Of a stretch of 32,000 nt of DNA, positions 1 to 9,388 are shown one piece after another. The position numbers and the translations under genes were made by a program. The notes under the pieces were generated by a model. It did not search any database. It was not told the origin of the DNA and was given only the letters and a program-made list of their open reading frames with translations. The DNA is from Candidatus Harpocratesius repetitus. Lineage in GTDB: Archaea > Asgardarchaeota > Lokiarchaeia > Sigyniarchaeales > Promethearchaeaceae. The stretch spans positions 1,110,001 through 1,142,000 of the forward strand of contig JAIZWK010000001.1 in NCBI GenBank assembly GCA_021498095.1. Reading direction: 5' to 3'. How positions within the stretch are numbered: position 1 is the stretch's first letter; each line of letters opens with the position of its first letter.

Positions 1-606
1 GAAGATCTGATTATGGATGGAAAAATGGCTCTATTTAATGAGCTTATCGCAAAATATCCTGAAAATCCTATGTTAGTCATTCGGACAATTACTGATATGC
101 TTAAAGTACTGCATAGGGAAGAAAAAAATATAAATACGCTCAAACCTTCGCATTTTCATGAATTATTTGCTGGTCTAAAGCAAGGAATTATTGCTAAAGA
201 GGCAATGTTAGGTGTTTTACGAATTTGGACCGATTTTCCAGAAATTTCTCTAAAACAAGCAAAGAAAAAAATGGGAATAAAAACTACGGATTTAACTAAG
301 TTAGATGGTATTATTGATGAGCTAGTTCAAAAAAATATGGAACTCATTAAGACAAGAGGCCGAGGTGCAATTGGGCCCTTAATGGGAGATCTAATGAAGA
401 TTGTTGGGAGAGGTGCTGTTGATGGTAAGGTTCTATCTTCTAAATTGGCTCAAGCTATTGGTAAATTGATTTCCCAAGGAAACTCTACATCAGCAAATGA
501 GAAAACAAAAAAGAAACAAAAAACAAAAAAACCTACAAAAAAAATTTCTCAATCCCCAAAAAATAACCCAAAGAAAACCACAAAAACAATTAAAGGTGAA
601 AAATAA
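1..606 (+). CDS. gatE: Glu-tRNA(Gln) amidotransferase subunit E, C-terminal part (5' end outside window), with Lys-rich tail
   Basis: Frame is open from base 1. Helical tail domain with RGRGAIGPLMGDLMKIVGRGAVDGKVLS (GatB/GatE Yqey-like end). Stop overlaps the gatD ATG (TAATG at 604-608). Confidence 0.9.
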   Translation, partial: EDLIMDGKMALFNELIAKYPENPMLVIRTITDMLKVLHREEKNINTLKPSHFHELFAGLKQGIIAKEAMLGVLRIWTDFPEISLKQAKKKMGIKTTDLTKLDGIIDELVQKNMELIKTRGRGAIGPLMGDLMKIVGRGAVDGKVLSSKLAQAIGKLISQGNSTSANEKTKKKQKTKKPTKKISQSPKNNPKKTTKTIKGEK

Positions 607-1997
607 TGGTAGAAGAACAAGATATGAAGGATTACAGTGGATATAAACCCAATTCTGTTGCAATTATGAAGAAATTTGGTGTGAAATTATGGTATAAAAT
701 CGAAATATTGTCTTCTAAAGGAACTGTTCAAGGTGTTGTCCTCCCCCGTAATAAATTTGCACCAGATGGATTTGTGGAGATTAAGCTTAAAAATGGTTAT
801 AATATTGGGGTTCCTCTGGATAAAAATACTAAAATTAAGGTTATTGGTGAAGTTCCTCCCATGAAAGTTTCATTTGATCAACATATTCAACCAAAAAACA
901 AAAATCTTCCAACTGTGTGTCTTTTAGGTACAGGGGGAACAATTGCTTCTCGATTGGATTACACAACAGGAGCAGTTATTCCAGCCTTTGAACCTGGGGA
1001 ATTATTTACCGCTGTCCCAGAACTGGCAAAAATTAGCAATATTGAAACTGAAGTTGTTTATCAACTCCTTTCTGAAAATCTTACACCCCAGAACTGGCTC
1101 GAATTAGCGAAAAAAATAGTAGAATTAGCGAAAACTAATATTGATGGTATTGTTATTGCCCATGGAACAGATACACTAAGTTATGCTTCTGCCGCTCTTT
1201 CTTTTCTTTTGAAAAATGTCTCAATTCCAATAGTTTTGGTTGGTTCTCAACGATCAAGTGATCGACCATCTTCTGATGCAGCTTTAAATTTAATTCATGC
1301 AGTTACTATTGCCAGTAAAGCAAATATTGGAGAAGTTGTTGTCTGTATGATGGGTTCCTCAGCACACGATTATGGATTCATTCATCGAGGTACAAGAGTG
1401 AGAAAAATGCATTCTTCTGCAAGACACACCTTTAGATCTATTGGAATTACACCTTTAGGTATGATCCGAGACGATGAAATTAAATACTTTTCTACAGAAA
1501 TCAAGCCAAGAGATTCAAAAAATCGTAAAAAAATGGAATGTTGGTCATCAATTGAAGAAAAAGTGGCTCTTATTTATTCCTATCCTGGAATGAAGGGCGA
1601 TATTCTTGATTTTTACTTGAATTCAGGATATAAAGGCATAGTATTTGCTGGTTCAGGGCTTGGACATTTACCAAAGACAATGTATCCTGCTTTGAAACGA
1701 GCATATGATGCAAAGATTCCGATATTGATGACTGTTCAAACGCTTTGGGGGTATACTGGAATGGATGTCTATGAAAGTGGCCGAGAATTGCAAGATTTAG
1801 GTGTTATTCCTGGAAAGAATATGCTCCCTGAAGTAGCATTTACCAAAATGTGTTGGGCATTAGGTAATTTCAATGAATATGAGAAGATTAGAGAAGTATT
1901 AACAACCAATATTGCTGGTGAAATTACATCAGGAGAATCAATGAATGGTTTTCAAATTTTTCAAGGCGTAGAACACACAATTTCACCCAAAGAATAA
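606..1997 (+). CDS. gatD: Glu-tRNA(Gln) amidotransferase subunit D
   Basis: N-terminal GatD domain (KLKNGYNIG) plus asparaginase-fold motifs GTGGTIASRLD, HGTDTL, SQRSSDRPSSDA, RKMHSSAR; adjacent to gatE. Confidence 0.96.
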   Translation: MVEEQDMKDYSGYKPNSVAIMKKFGVKLWYKIEILSSKGTVQGVVLPRNKFAPDGFVEIKLKNGYNIGVPLDKNTKIKVIGEVPPMKVSFDQHIQPKNKNLPTVCLLGTGGTIASRLDYTTGAVIPAFEPGELFTAVPELAKISNIETEVVYQLLSENLTPQNWLELAKKIVELAKTNIDGIVIAHGTDTLSYASAALSFLLKNVSIPIVLVGSQRSSDRPSSDAALNLIHAVTIASKANIGEVVVCMMGSSAHDYGFIHRGTRVRKMHSSARHTFRSIGITPLGMIRDDEIKYFSTEIKPRDSKNRKKMECWSSIEEKVALIYSYPGMKGDILDFYLNSGYKGIVFAGSGLGHLPKTMYPALKRAYDAKIPILMTVQTLWGYTGMDVYESGRELQDLGVIPGKNMLPEVAFTKMCWALGNFNEYEKIREVLTTNIAGEITSGESMNGFQIFQGVEHTISPKE

Positions 1998-2116
1998 ATC
2001 TACTGTTTTTTCTACTTTTTATCTTTTTTATAGTGATTGTATTTTTTATTTTTAAAAAAAGAAAAAAAAATGTCACGAAAAATAGTAAAATAACTAGAAT
2101 TCAGAATATTATATCA

Positions 2117-3412
2117 TTATGGAGTATTTCGATTCATTACTCTTGGGTAAGCAATAGTATCGCGAATGTGATCCAATTTTCCTATCCAACGCAAGAGTCT
2201 TTCTATTCCTAATCCAAATCCAGAATGTGGAACACTTCCAAATCGTCGTAAATCTAAATACCATTCATAATCTTCAATTTTTGAACCATCTCGTTTTAGA
2301 TTGAAAATTATATTGTCAATATCGTCTTCTCTTTGGCTTGAACCAATTATTTCTCCATATCCTTCCGGTGCTAATAAATCATTACACTCAGCGTATTTTC
2401 CATCTAAAGTTTTCATATAAAATGCTTTGATGTCTCGTGGGAAGTGGGTAACATGAATTGGACTGGATAAATCTTCTGTGAGTGCCCTTTCATGATGAGT
2501 TCCAAAGTCTTCTCCCCATTCAATTTCAACTCCTTTCTTTTGGATTCGTTCTACTGCTTCATCATAGCGAATTCGTTCAAAAGGTGCTTTAATCTCCAGT
2601 AATTCTTTTGGGTCTCTGCCCAATTGCTGTAAATCATAAGGTACTTCTTTAGCTGCATGATGAATCATTGCAGTAACTAGTCCATCTTCAAATTTGATAA
2701 TACCATCTAAATCAACAAAAGCAGCTTCTGCTTCTAAATGCCAGTATTCCGCTAAATGTCTGGTAGTTCGAGATTTTTCCGCTCGAAAACTTGGTGTTAA
2801 GGAGTAAACCCTTTTATGTGCAAAGATAAGTGTTTCTAAGTATAATTGGGCACTTTGCGAGAGATAAGCAGGTTTTCCAAAGTATTTTATCTCAAAGAGA
2901 GTGCTCCCACCTTCACATGAACTTCCAGTAATTATTGGTGGAAACATTTCCCAATATCCTTGTTCCTTGAAATATGCTCTCGCTCCTTCTATTAATGCAG
3001 CTTTTACACGAAAACTACTGGTCAGTTTTTGACTTCGAATCCAAAGATGTCTGTGATCAAGTAAAAAGGCTTCGCTTTGATCCTTTGATATTGGAAATGG
3101 TTCTGCTTGATGGATTATAATAAATTCATTCATTTGCATTTCATATCCATTTGGTGCGCGATCATCAGATTTGATTATTCCACCAACAATTATTGATGAT
3201 TCATAACGAATACCACAAATTTCTTCGAATTTTTTTTCATCAAAATTAGAACTCTTGGCAGTGCACTGTAAAATTCCTGTTCCATCTCGAATAACAATGA
3301 ATGCAATTTTCTTGCTGTTTCTTTGGCGGTAAACCCATCCTCGAATTTTTACTTGTTTTCCATCAAATTTTGGGGAAAGAATCTCTTCAATTCGATAATA
3401 TTTAGGTTCCAT
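2117..3412 (-). CDS. asnS: Asparagine--tRNA ligase (archaeal type)
   Basis: OB-fold start (IRGWVYRQR...RDGTG), EGGSTLF, YLSQSAQLYLE, motif 2 FRAEKSRTTRHLAEYWHLE, motif 3 PHSGFGLGIERL. Confidence 0.93.
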   Translation of the reverse strand: MEPKYYRIEEILSPKFDGKQVKIRGWVYRQRNSKKIAFIVIRDGTGILQCTAKSSNFDEKKFEEICGIRYESSIIVGGIIKSDDRAPNGYEMQMNEFIIIHQAEPFPISKDQSEAFLLDHRHLWIRSQKLTSSFRVKAALIEGARAYFKEQGYWEMFPPIITGSSCEGGSTLFEIKYFGKPAYLSQSAQLYLETLIFAHKRVYSLTPSFRAEKSRTTRHLAEYWHLEAEAAFVDLDGIIKFEDGLVTAMIHHAAKEVPYDLQQLGRDPKELLEIKAPFERIRYDEAVERIQKKGVEIEWGEDFGTHHERALTEDLSSPIHVTHFPRDIKAFYMKTLDGKYAECNDLLAPEGYGEIIGSSQREDDIDNIIFNLKRDGSKIEDYEWYLDLRRFGSVPHSGFGLGIERLLRWIGKLDHIRDTIAYPRVMNRNTP

Positions 3413-3628
3413 AGTTCGATCAAAATTTAAAATTAAGGTTGATAATTAACATTTTCGAGATAAAATCTAAGAAAAATTTCTTTGAATGAATAATGATTTT
3501 TGTAATAACCTCATGATGTCTTGATGTATCATAGTTAATTAAGAAAATGTGGATTCCGCTCATCTCCCCATTTAAAGATTAGTAATTACTTAATTTCTAT
3601 AGAAATAATCAATCGCGGGAGTGATTTC

Positions 3629-3745
3629 ATGAAGCAGAGAAATGTTAAAATTTATCGCATCGCAAAAGATTTTATGGAAAAAACCTTAGGGCTCGAACGA
3701 GAAATGGAGGATTTTAAACGATCCATCCACCGAACATTATATTAA
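3629..3745 (+). CDS. Putative 38-aa small protein MKQRNVKIYRIAKDFMEKTLGLEREMEDFKRSIHRTLY (not in the supplied ORF track)
   Basis: ATG at 3629 preceded by SD-like GGGAGTGATTTC; TAA at 3743-3745; T-rich tract follows. Confidence 0.5.
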   Translation: MKQRNVKIYRIAKDFMEKTLGLEREMEDFKRSIHRTLY

Positions 3746-3955
3746 TTCTTAACAATCATAAATTTTTCCTTTTTTCTCTTTCTTTTTTTACATTATTGTT
3801 TATTTTCACTTTCTCTCCAAAGATTAATATTTTGGAATAACTTTTTTATCTAGAAGGATTTTTATCCTTATTTTAGCAACAAGGATGAAAGAATCGTTTA
3901 TTTTTACATCATTCCTTCAAATAAAAAAGTTAAATAAATAAAGTTTGGGTTATAT

Positions 3956-5188
3956 ATGCACATCGCACTCTATACTGGAATGTTTAAACGAAACAAGGAT
4001 GGTGTTGCAAGATGCCTTCATAAATTAGTAAGGACATTTGCTAATCATGGACATCATGTTTTCATTGCTTCACCCGTTCTTTCATATATTGATCATCCGA
4101 ACTTATCATTTTACAAAATTAAATCAAAACCCCTATTTTTTTATCCAGATTATCATATTTCTCTATTTGATTTTAAATACATTCAATCAATCTTAGAATA
4201 TAAACCTGATATTATTCAAATTTCAACTCCAGATTTGATCGGATTAATGCTTTTCTTTTTTGCACGAAGATACCGAATTCCAGTTGTTTTTATTCATCAC
4301 TCCGATATTGTACGAGTGTTTAATTATTTTGGACTTGGGTTTTTACATTATATTATTAATTCTATTCTTCCCTTAATTTACAATAAAGCAATCATCACAT
4401 TTTGTCCAACGAATTTCTATAAGCGTGAATTACATCAATTGGGTGTAAAGAGGGTCGGAATTTGGTCAAGGGGTGTAGATCATACAATTTTTAATTCAGA
4501 TCACCGAGATAAGAAACTCCGAAAAAAATGGGGCGCTCCAGAAAAGAAAATCATTTTGTATGCAGGTCGACTTGTATGGAATAAACGCCTTGATATTTTG
4601 ATTAAAGTATATCAAAAATTTCAAAAACAAAATAAAATCGATACACAATTTGTTCTAGTTGGAGAAGGCCCTATTTTAAGTACGTTGGTAAAAAAGATGC
4701 CCACTGCAATTTTTACTGGATTTCTTGAAGGAGAAGAATTAGGGACTGCTATTGCCAGCGGAGATCTATTTCTTTTTCCTTCTGATACAGATACATTCGG
4801 ACAAGTGGTACAAGAGGCACTTTCATGTGGTTTGCCTGCAATTGTTTCAAATGTTGGGGGATGTCAAGAAATTGTGCATTCATCAAGAGCAGGTATGGTT
4901 ATTTCTAATAACGATGTGAATGCTTACTACCAAGCTTGTTATAAAACATTAAACGATTCTCAGCTTTACAAAAAAATGCGTCAAAATGGAATTGAATTCA
5001 CTCGTCACAGGAACTGGGATTCTATTAATTTAGATCTTTTGAAAAAATATGAAAAAATAGTTTCATTTTGGCAGCATAAGAAAGCTTATAAACGGTATCA
5101 GCGTTTGGGTGATTCATATCGGATTAATATTTTTACTGAAATTCAGCGTTTGTTAAAAAGATATGGTATTATTCAAGATATATATTAG
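3956..5188 (+). CDS. Glycosyltransferase family 4 (GT-B fold)
   Basis: N-terminal IALYTG...DGVARCL, ILYAGRLVWNKRLD, FVLVGEGP, DLFLFPSDTDTFGQVVQEALSCGLPAIVS. Confidence 0.92.
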   Translation: MHIALYTGMFKRNKDGVARCLHKLVRTFANHGHHVFIASPVLSYIDHPNLSFYKIKSKPLFFYPDYHISLFDFKYIQSILEYKPDIIQISTPDLIGLMLFFFARRYRIPVVFIHHSDIVRVFNYFGLGFLHYIINSILPLIYNKAIITFCPTNFYKRELHQLGVKRVGIWSRGVDHTIFNSDHRDKKLRKKWGAPEKKIILYAGRLVWNKRLDILIKVYQKFQKQNKIDTQFVLVGEGPILSTLVKKMPTAIFTGFLEGEELGTAIASGDLFLFPSDTDTFGQVVQEALSCGLPAIVSNVGGCQEIVHSSRAGMVISNNDVNAYYQACYKTLNDSQLYKKMRQNGIEFTRHRNWDSINLDLLKKYEKIVSFWQHKKAYKRYQRLGDSYRINIFTEIQRLLKRYGIIQDIY

Positions 5189-5231
5189 TGTAAAAGGAAA
5201 AATAATCAAATTTTCATGATTTGTAAAAAAT

Positions 5232-5528
5232 TTACTCTTTTTTATATAATTTCATCATTTTTCCACATTTTTCACAGATGTAATCGGATTCTGTGAGTTC
5301 TTTCTTTCGCAGTGTTCTTTTATATCCACATTTTGCAGTACATTTCAAGTAGTATTTTTTTCTTGTTTGAGTAACTGTAGATGATGTTTCTTTTTTGTTA
5401 GTTTTTTTTTTTGTTGATTTTTGTTTTAAATTTGTTGATTTTTTTGATATTTTCTTCGATTTAGATGTCTTTTTATCATGTTTACTCGATTTTGACTTTA
5501 CTTTAACACCAAAATTATCTAGACTCAT
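5232..5528 (-). CDS. Small Lys-rich protein with C-terminal Zn ribbon
   Basis: CTAKC...CEKC; K/S/T low-complexity N-half; SD-like GGAAGTGA upstream of the ATG. Confidence 0.75.
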   Translation of the reverse strand: MSLDNFGVKVKSKSSKHDKKTSKSKKISKKSTNLKQKSTKKKTNKKETSSTVTQTRKKYYLKCTAKCGYKRTLRKKELTESDYICEKCGKMMKLYKKE

Positions 5529-5682
5529 GAATTCACTTCCATTTTACTTAACAATAATAGATATGAAGGAAATCATTTAAAAAAGTGGTTGCTTGTAATA
5601 TTTTTAAGAATATTAAAATATATTATCTGGTTATTTACATTTTTTGACTAAAGGTTAAAAGTTGAAAAAAGTGATTTAGAAA

Positions 5683-6987
5683 TCAAGATTTAGGTGAATT
5701 ATAATTTTCGTCTTTTGAAGTGCTTTTCTCACCGTTTTCCTCCAGATTCTCTTCATGATCACTGTCTTGATTCGATTTTTTCTTTTTTGATTCTTGATGC
5801 TGATTGTATTTTTGAAATAGTTTCTCTTTTATTCCGAGAATTATTGCCAGTTGTCTTTCTTTATCGCGCTGCTCTCGACTTTTTTCCAATTCTTGCTTTT
5901 CAATTTTTGATAATTTTTCTCTCTGTTTTTGAATTTTTTTCTCAAGTGCTCTCTTTGCTGCTTCTAAAGCCATTAATGATTGCTTCTGTTTTATTTCTGC
6001 TTTATATTCTTGTCTTTCTGCTTTCCATTCTGCGCGTTCCAATCGTTTTAAGGCTTTCTCTCTCTTAATTTTCGCTTTTTCTCGTAGTTTCTGTGCTCTT
6101 CGATCTTTAAATTCTGTCTTTTTAAGTTGATATATTGTTATTGGTGTTTTTCTTCCTTTCAATTCGCTATGCTCTGCAATTACATCCTCAACTTCTTGAA
6201 TTGGTTTCTTTTTTGCACGCTCTTCTGCAGTTAAACTGTCTTTTTCTCTAAATTCATTTGGACGATATTTTATTGCAGGCGTTCCCATATAAACCCATCC
6301 TGATTCTAACTCTTGGCTGAATGATGTACTTGATAATGCACCCAAAATTGTATTATCGCCTATAATTGTTCCTGGGCTTATTACTGAATGTGCTCCAATT
6401 AAGCAATCTTTTCCTATTTTAACTTTTTTAATAATCAAGAGCTCAGTGGTAATCATTGAAGTCATTATTACAGATCCTTGACCTATTATGGTTCCATGTC
6501 CAATTTCAAGAAATTCAGCATCAATCCAAGCATCATAAGTTGGTGTTGATAATGCTACTCTATCCCCAAACATTTTTAATGCAATAGAATCTGCCCATGG
6601 AACGGGAAAATTATGACAAACCCAAATTGGAAACTTTTTAATAACCGCTCTAAGGCTCCAAAATCGATAATCCTTGTTCTTCATTGTTCTTTCAAAAAAA
6701 CCTTCACGAGGGCGATGAAATAAGAATACGATTTTTAGAAATACCCAAGCCCACAAAATTGATGAAAATACTAAAAGAAAATATCCGAAAAACAAATATA
6801 ATGGTAAAATTACCAAGAAAAAATAAAGAGATATTTCAAAAAGGGATAATAATTTAAATAAGATAAAGATTTCGGGAAATATTGATATCCAAATAAGCAA
6901 AATATAAATGATAATATCTCGATTAACTACAAGTGTATTTGTTGTTGTAGGTCCTGCTTTCAAGCTAGTCGGAATTGAACTGGACAT
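5683..6987 (-). CDS. Membrane protein with left-handed beta-helix (hexapeptide, acyltransferase-like) domain and long charged coiled-coil tail
   Basis: Two hydrophobic segments, then IGHGTIIGQGSVI / KIGKDCLIGAHSVISPGTIIGDNTILGALS and YMGTPA; K/E/R-rich C-terminus. Confidence 0.8.
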   Translation of the reverse strand: MSSSIPTSLKAGPTTTNTLVVNRDIIIYILLIWISIFPEIFILFKLLSLFEISLYFFLVILPLYLFFGYFLLVFSSILWAWVFLKIVFLFHRPREGFFERTMKNKDYRFWSLRAVIKKFPIWVCHNFPVPWADSIALKMFGDRVALSTPTYDAWIDAEFLEIGHGTIIGQGSVIMTSMITTELLIIKKVKIGKDCLIGAHSVISPGTIIGDNTILGALSSTSFSQELESGWVYMGTPAIKYRPNEFREKDSLTAEERAKKKPIQEVEDVIAEHSELKGRKTPITIYQLKKTEFKDRRAQKLREKAKIKREKALKRLERAEWKAERQEYKAEIKQKQSLMALEAAKRALEKKIQKQREKLSKIEKQELEKSREQRDKERQLAIILGIKEKLFQKYNQHQESKKKKSNQDSDHEENLEENGEKSTSKDENYNSPKS

Positions 6988-6988
6988 G

Positions 6989-7957
6989 TTATGATTCTCC
7001 TTCAGAAGTATAATTCAATGACATCATTTTATTTTTATACTGTTTCTTCGATTCTTTATTTCTTAATACTAATGGTTTTAACTTTTCTGGAATTTGAAAC
7101 ATTTTTATATATCTCTTCAGAGATATTTTGCCTACTGGCAATCCAAAGTATTTACTAAAACCTCTAACTTTTCTAAATTTGACTACTCCAGACATTGGTA
7201 GGAATTCTGTATATGGTTCTAATTCTGTTCCTGGAGGAATCGCATTAAATGCCCCAATAACGGCGTGTTCATCTATTTTTACTTTTTTTAATGTAATTGC
7301 CCCATATTTTCCTTCAACTAAATGACTACTTACGATTGCACCTTGAGCAATATATGCGTAATCTCCCATTTCTAAAAATTCTTGGGTATAAAATTGATCT
7401 TCAATCACACATTTCTTTCCAATTCTATTTGTTCCTACAAAATTAAAAGCCCAAGGCATAAGCCATGGATAAGCAGATTTCGAGATTTCCCATTTTAGAA
7501 TTCTTAAAATCAGTCCACGAAAATGATAATAGTTGATTGCTCTTGCTTCTTCTTTGCCAATACCTTTAGCTGCCACTAATTCTTTTTGAGGTGAGCGCCA
7601 ATTACAAAATTTTAGTAACCAACGACTAAAAAGAATTACAAAAAGTAAACGAAGGAAAAAAAAAATCATTATTATTAGAGGTGTGATAAGCCAAATTATG
7701 AGAAGCAAGAGATCTTCAAAAATTAATGATAAATTGAGCAGTACATGAAGATTTGGAAAAATTATCTTTTTAAAATAAAAAAATAATCCTATTGAAGGAA
7801 TGACCCATGAATACGCCCAAATAAAAATAATTGTGGGAAAATATCTTTCATACTGAATACGAGCTCTTGGAATCTGCAATGAATTATGCTCTTCAAATTC
7901 AATCTTTGCCTCTATTTGATTTGTAGAATAAGAATCAATTTTTTTTTTTTCACTCAT
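6989..7957 (-). CDS. Membrane protein with left-handed beta-helix domain, paralog of the downstream gene
   Basis: TM segments then IGKKCVIED, MGDYAYIAQGAIV, VKIDEHAVIGAFNAIPPGT, YFGLPV; only 1 nt separates it from the next ORF. Confidence 0.8.
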   Translation of the reverse strand: MSEKKKIDSYSTNQIEAKIEFEEHNSLQIPRARIQYERYFPTIIFIWAYSWVIPSIGLFFYFKKIIFPNLHVLLNLSLIFEDLLLLIIWLITPLIIMIFFFLRLLFVILFSRWLLKFCNWRSPQKELVAAKGIGKEEARAINYYHFRGLILRILKWEISKSAYPWLMPWAFNFVGTNRIGKKCVIEDQFYTQEFLEMGDYAYIAQGAIVSSHLVEGKYGAITLKKVKIDEHAVIGAFNAIPPGTELEPYTEFLPMSGVVKFRKVRGFSKYFGLPVGKISLKRYIKMFQIPEKLKPLVLRNKESKKQYKNKMMSLNYTSEGES

Positions 7958-8107
7958 TCGGTCAACAATTTTATCATGATTTGATTATTTAAAAACCAAA
8001 CTTAGATAAAATTTTTCTGATCATTTCTGCTCAGTAAAAAAATATCATTTTATTATTTCTTGCTAGCTTCAATAGTTAAAAATTAATAAAAAATCAGAAT
8101 GAAATGG

Positions 8108-8512
8108 TTAATCATCTGTACGTCTTTTATTAAAAAGTGATTTCAATTCATCCATAATACTGCCTCTCAAGCTCATTGGGTTGGCAGGTGCTGGGCTTGG
8201 TGCAGGTGGTTTTGAACCTGGAGGTGGTGGTGTGCTGGGTTTCCCGCCTGGAGGTGGTGGTGGAACACCTGGAGCACCTCCTCCTTGCGCAACCCTCTTT
8301 TCTAAAGCACCAATTTTTGATTCAATCCCGCTTATTTTCTTAGAAAGTCCATTTATCTGATTTGTGATGATTTGAATTTGTGTATCCGTCATTTCAGGGA
8401 TTTTTAAAACGATCTGCATGATTTTTTCAACAACATCTGCTAATCCTTCAACACGTTCTTTTAATGGTGCTTCAGAATATGCATTCATCATTTTAAAGAA
8501 TTCTTCAGCCAT
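8108..8512 (-). CDS. Coiled-coil + polyproline protein with C-terminal WH2/FAB-like amphipathic helix
   Basis: Heptads ITNQINGLSKKISGIESKIGALEKRV; GVPPPPPGGKPSTPPPPGSKPPAPSPAP; terminal RGSIMDELKSLFNKRRTDD. Confidence 0.8.
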   Translation of the reverse strand: MAEEFFKMMNAYSEAPLKERVEGLADVVEKIMQIVLKIPEMTDTQIQIITNQINGLSKKISGIESKIGALEKRVAQGGGAPGVPPPPPGGKPSTPPPPGSKPPAPSPAPANPMSLRGSIMDELKSLFNKRRTDD

Positions 8513-8662
8513 TTTTCTCCACTATCCATAATAAAAATTTAAAACCAATACTCACAATAGGTATTAATATTTGAAGTTAAAAAGAATTACTTTTCCAATA
8601 ATTCCAATTTCTCTTTAAAAAAATTTGAAATAAGATTTTGACTAAAATAGAAAAAATGATAA

Positions 8663-9283
8663 TTAGAATTCAAGAAAACCTGGATCTCCTAATATTTCTT
8701 CTATGTTTGCACGTCTTTTGGGTTTTTCTGATGGTTTATCTTGCTCTTCACCAAAAGGATTCACTTCTTCTTCATCATAGATGTTTTCTTCCAATTCTGC
8801 ATCAACAATTAAACCGGCTTTTAATTGCTCTAATAATCGTTTTTCATTTTCTTTATATTGCTTTGCTGCTTCTTTCCATTTTTCAGCATTTTCTAAATCT
8901 GCAGGATCCTTATACTTCTCGAATTCTTCCAAAGCTTTCTCTGCATTGATCTGTGCGTTATCAGACAAAAATGAATATACTAATGCTAATTCCGAATATT
9001 GACCTTTTTCCTTTAAGATCTCTTCACGTCTTGTCAAACGGTCATATTCTTGATCTTTATAATAAATATCGATGAAATTTCCAAATGCATCAACAGGTTC
9101 ACTAATTTCATTTTTTGGAACTTCTTGTTGTTCACCGCAGTGACCACATATTACCAGTGCTTTATCATCACTAAACTTCATATTAGTTTTCATAGTTTTA
9201 TGACCACACTTCGGGCAGGTAAATATTTTTGGCAAAGTTCTAACTGGTCTATAAACTACTTTTTTACGCTTTCTTCTTCCCAT
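8663..9283 (-). CDS. elf1: Transcription elongation factor Elf1 homolog with long helical/acidic C-terminal extension
   Basis: MGRRKRKK start, LPKIFTCPKCG, CGHCG, EPVDAFGNFID (Elf1 Zn-ribbon pattern); about 130 extra residues. Confidence 0.85.
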   Translation of the reverse strand: MGRRKRKKVVYRPVRTLPKIFTCPKCGHKTMKTNMKFSDDKALVICGHCGEQQEVPKNEISEPVDAFGNFIDIYYKDQEYDRLTRREEILKEKGQYSELALVYSFLSDNAQINAEKALEEFEKYKDPADLENAEKWKEAAKQYKENEKRLLEQLKAGLIVDAELEENIYDEEEVNPFGEEQDKPSEKPKRRANIEEILGDPGFLEF

Positions 9284-9388
9284 TATGTTTCAATAAATTA
9301 GAAAAATCCATTTCCAAAAAATTTTTGGATTTTAAAAAAAGTTAAATAAATTCTTTTTGATCAATCTCATAAAAATATTCTATAGATT

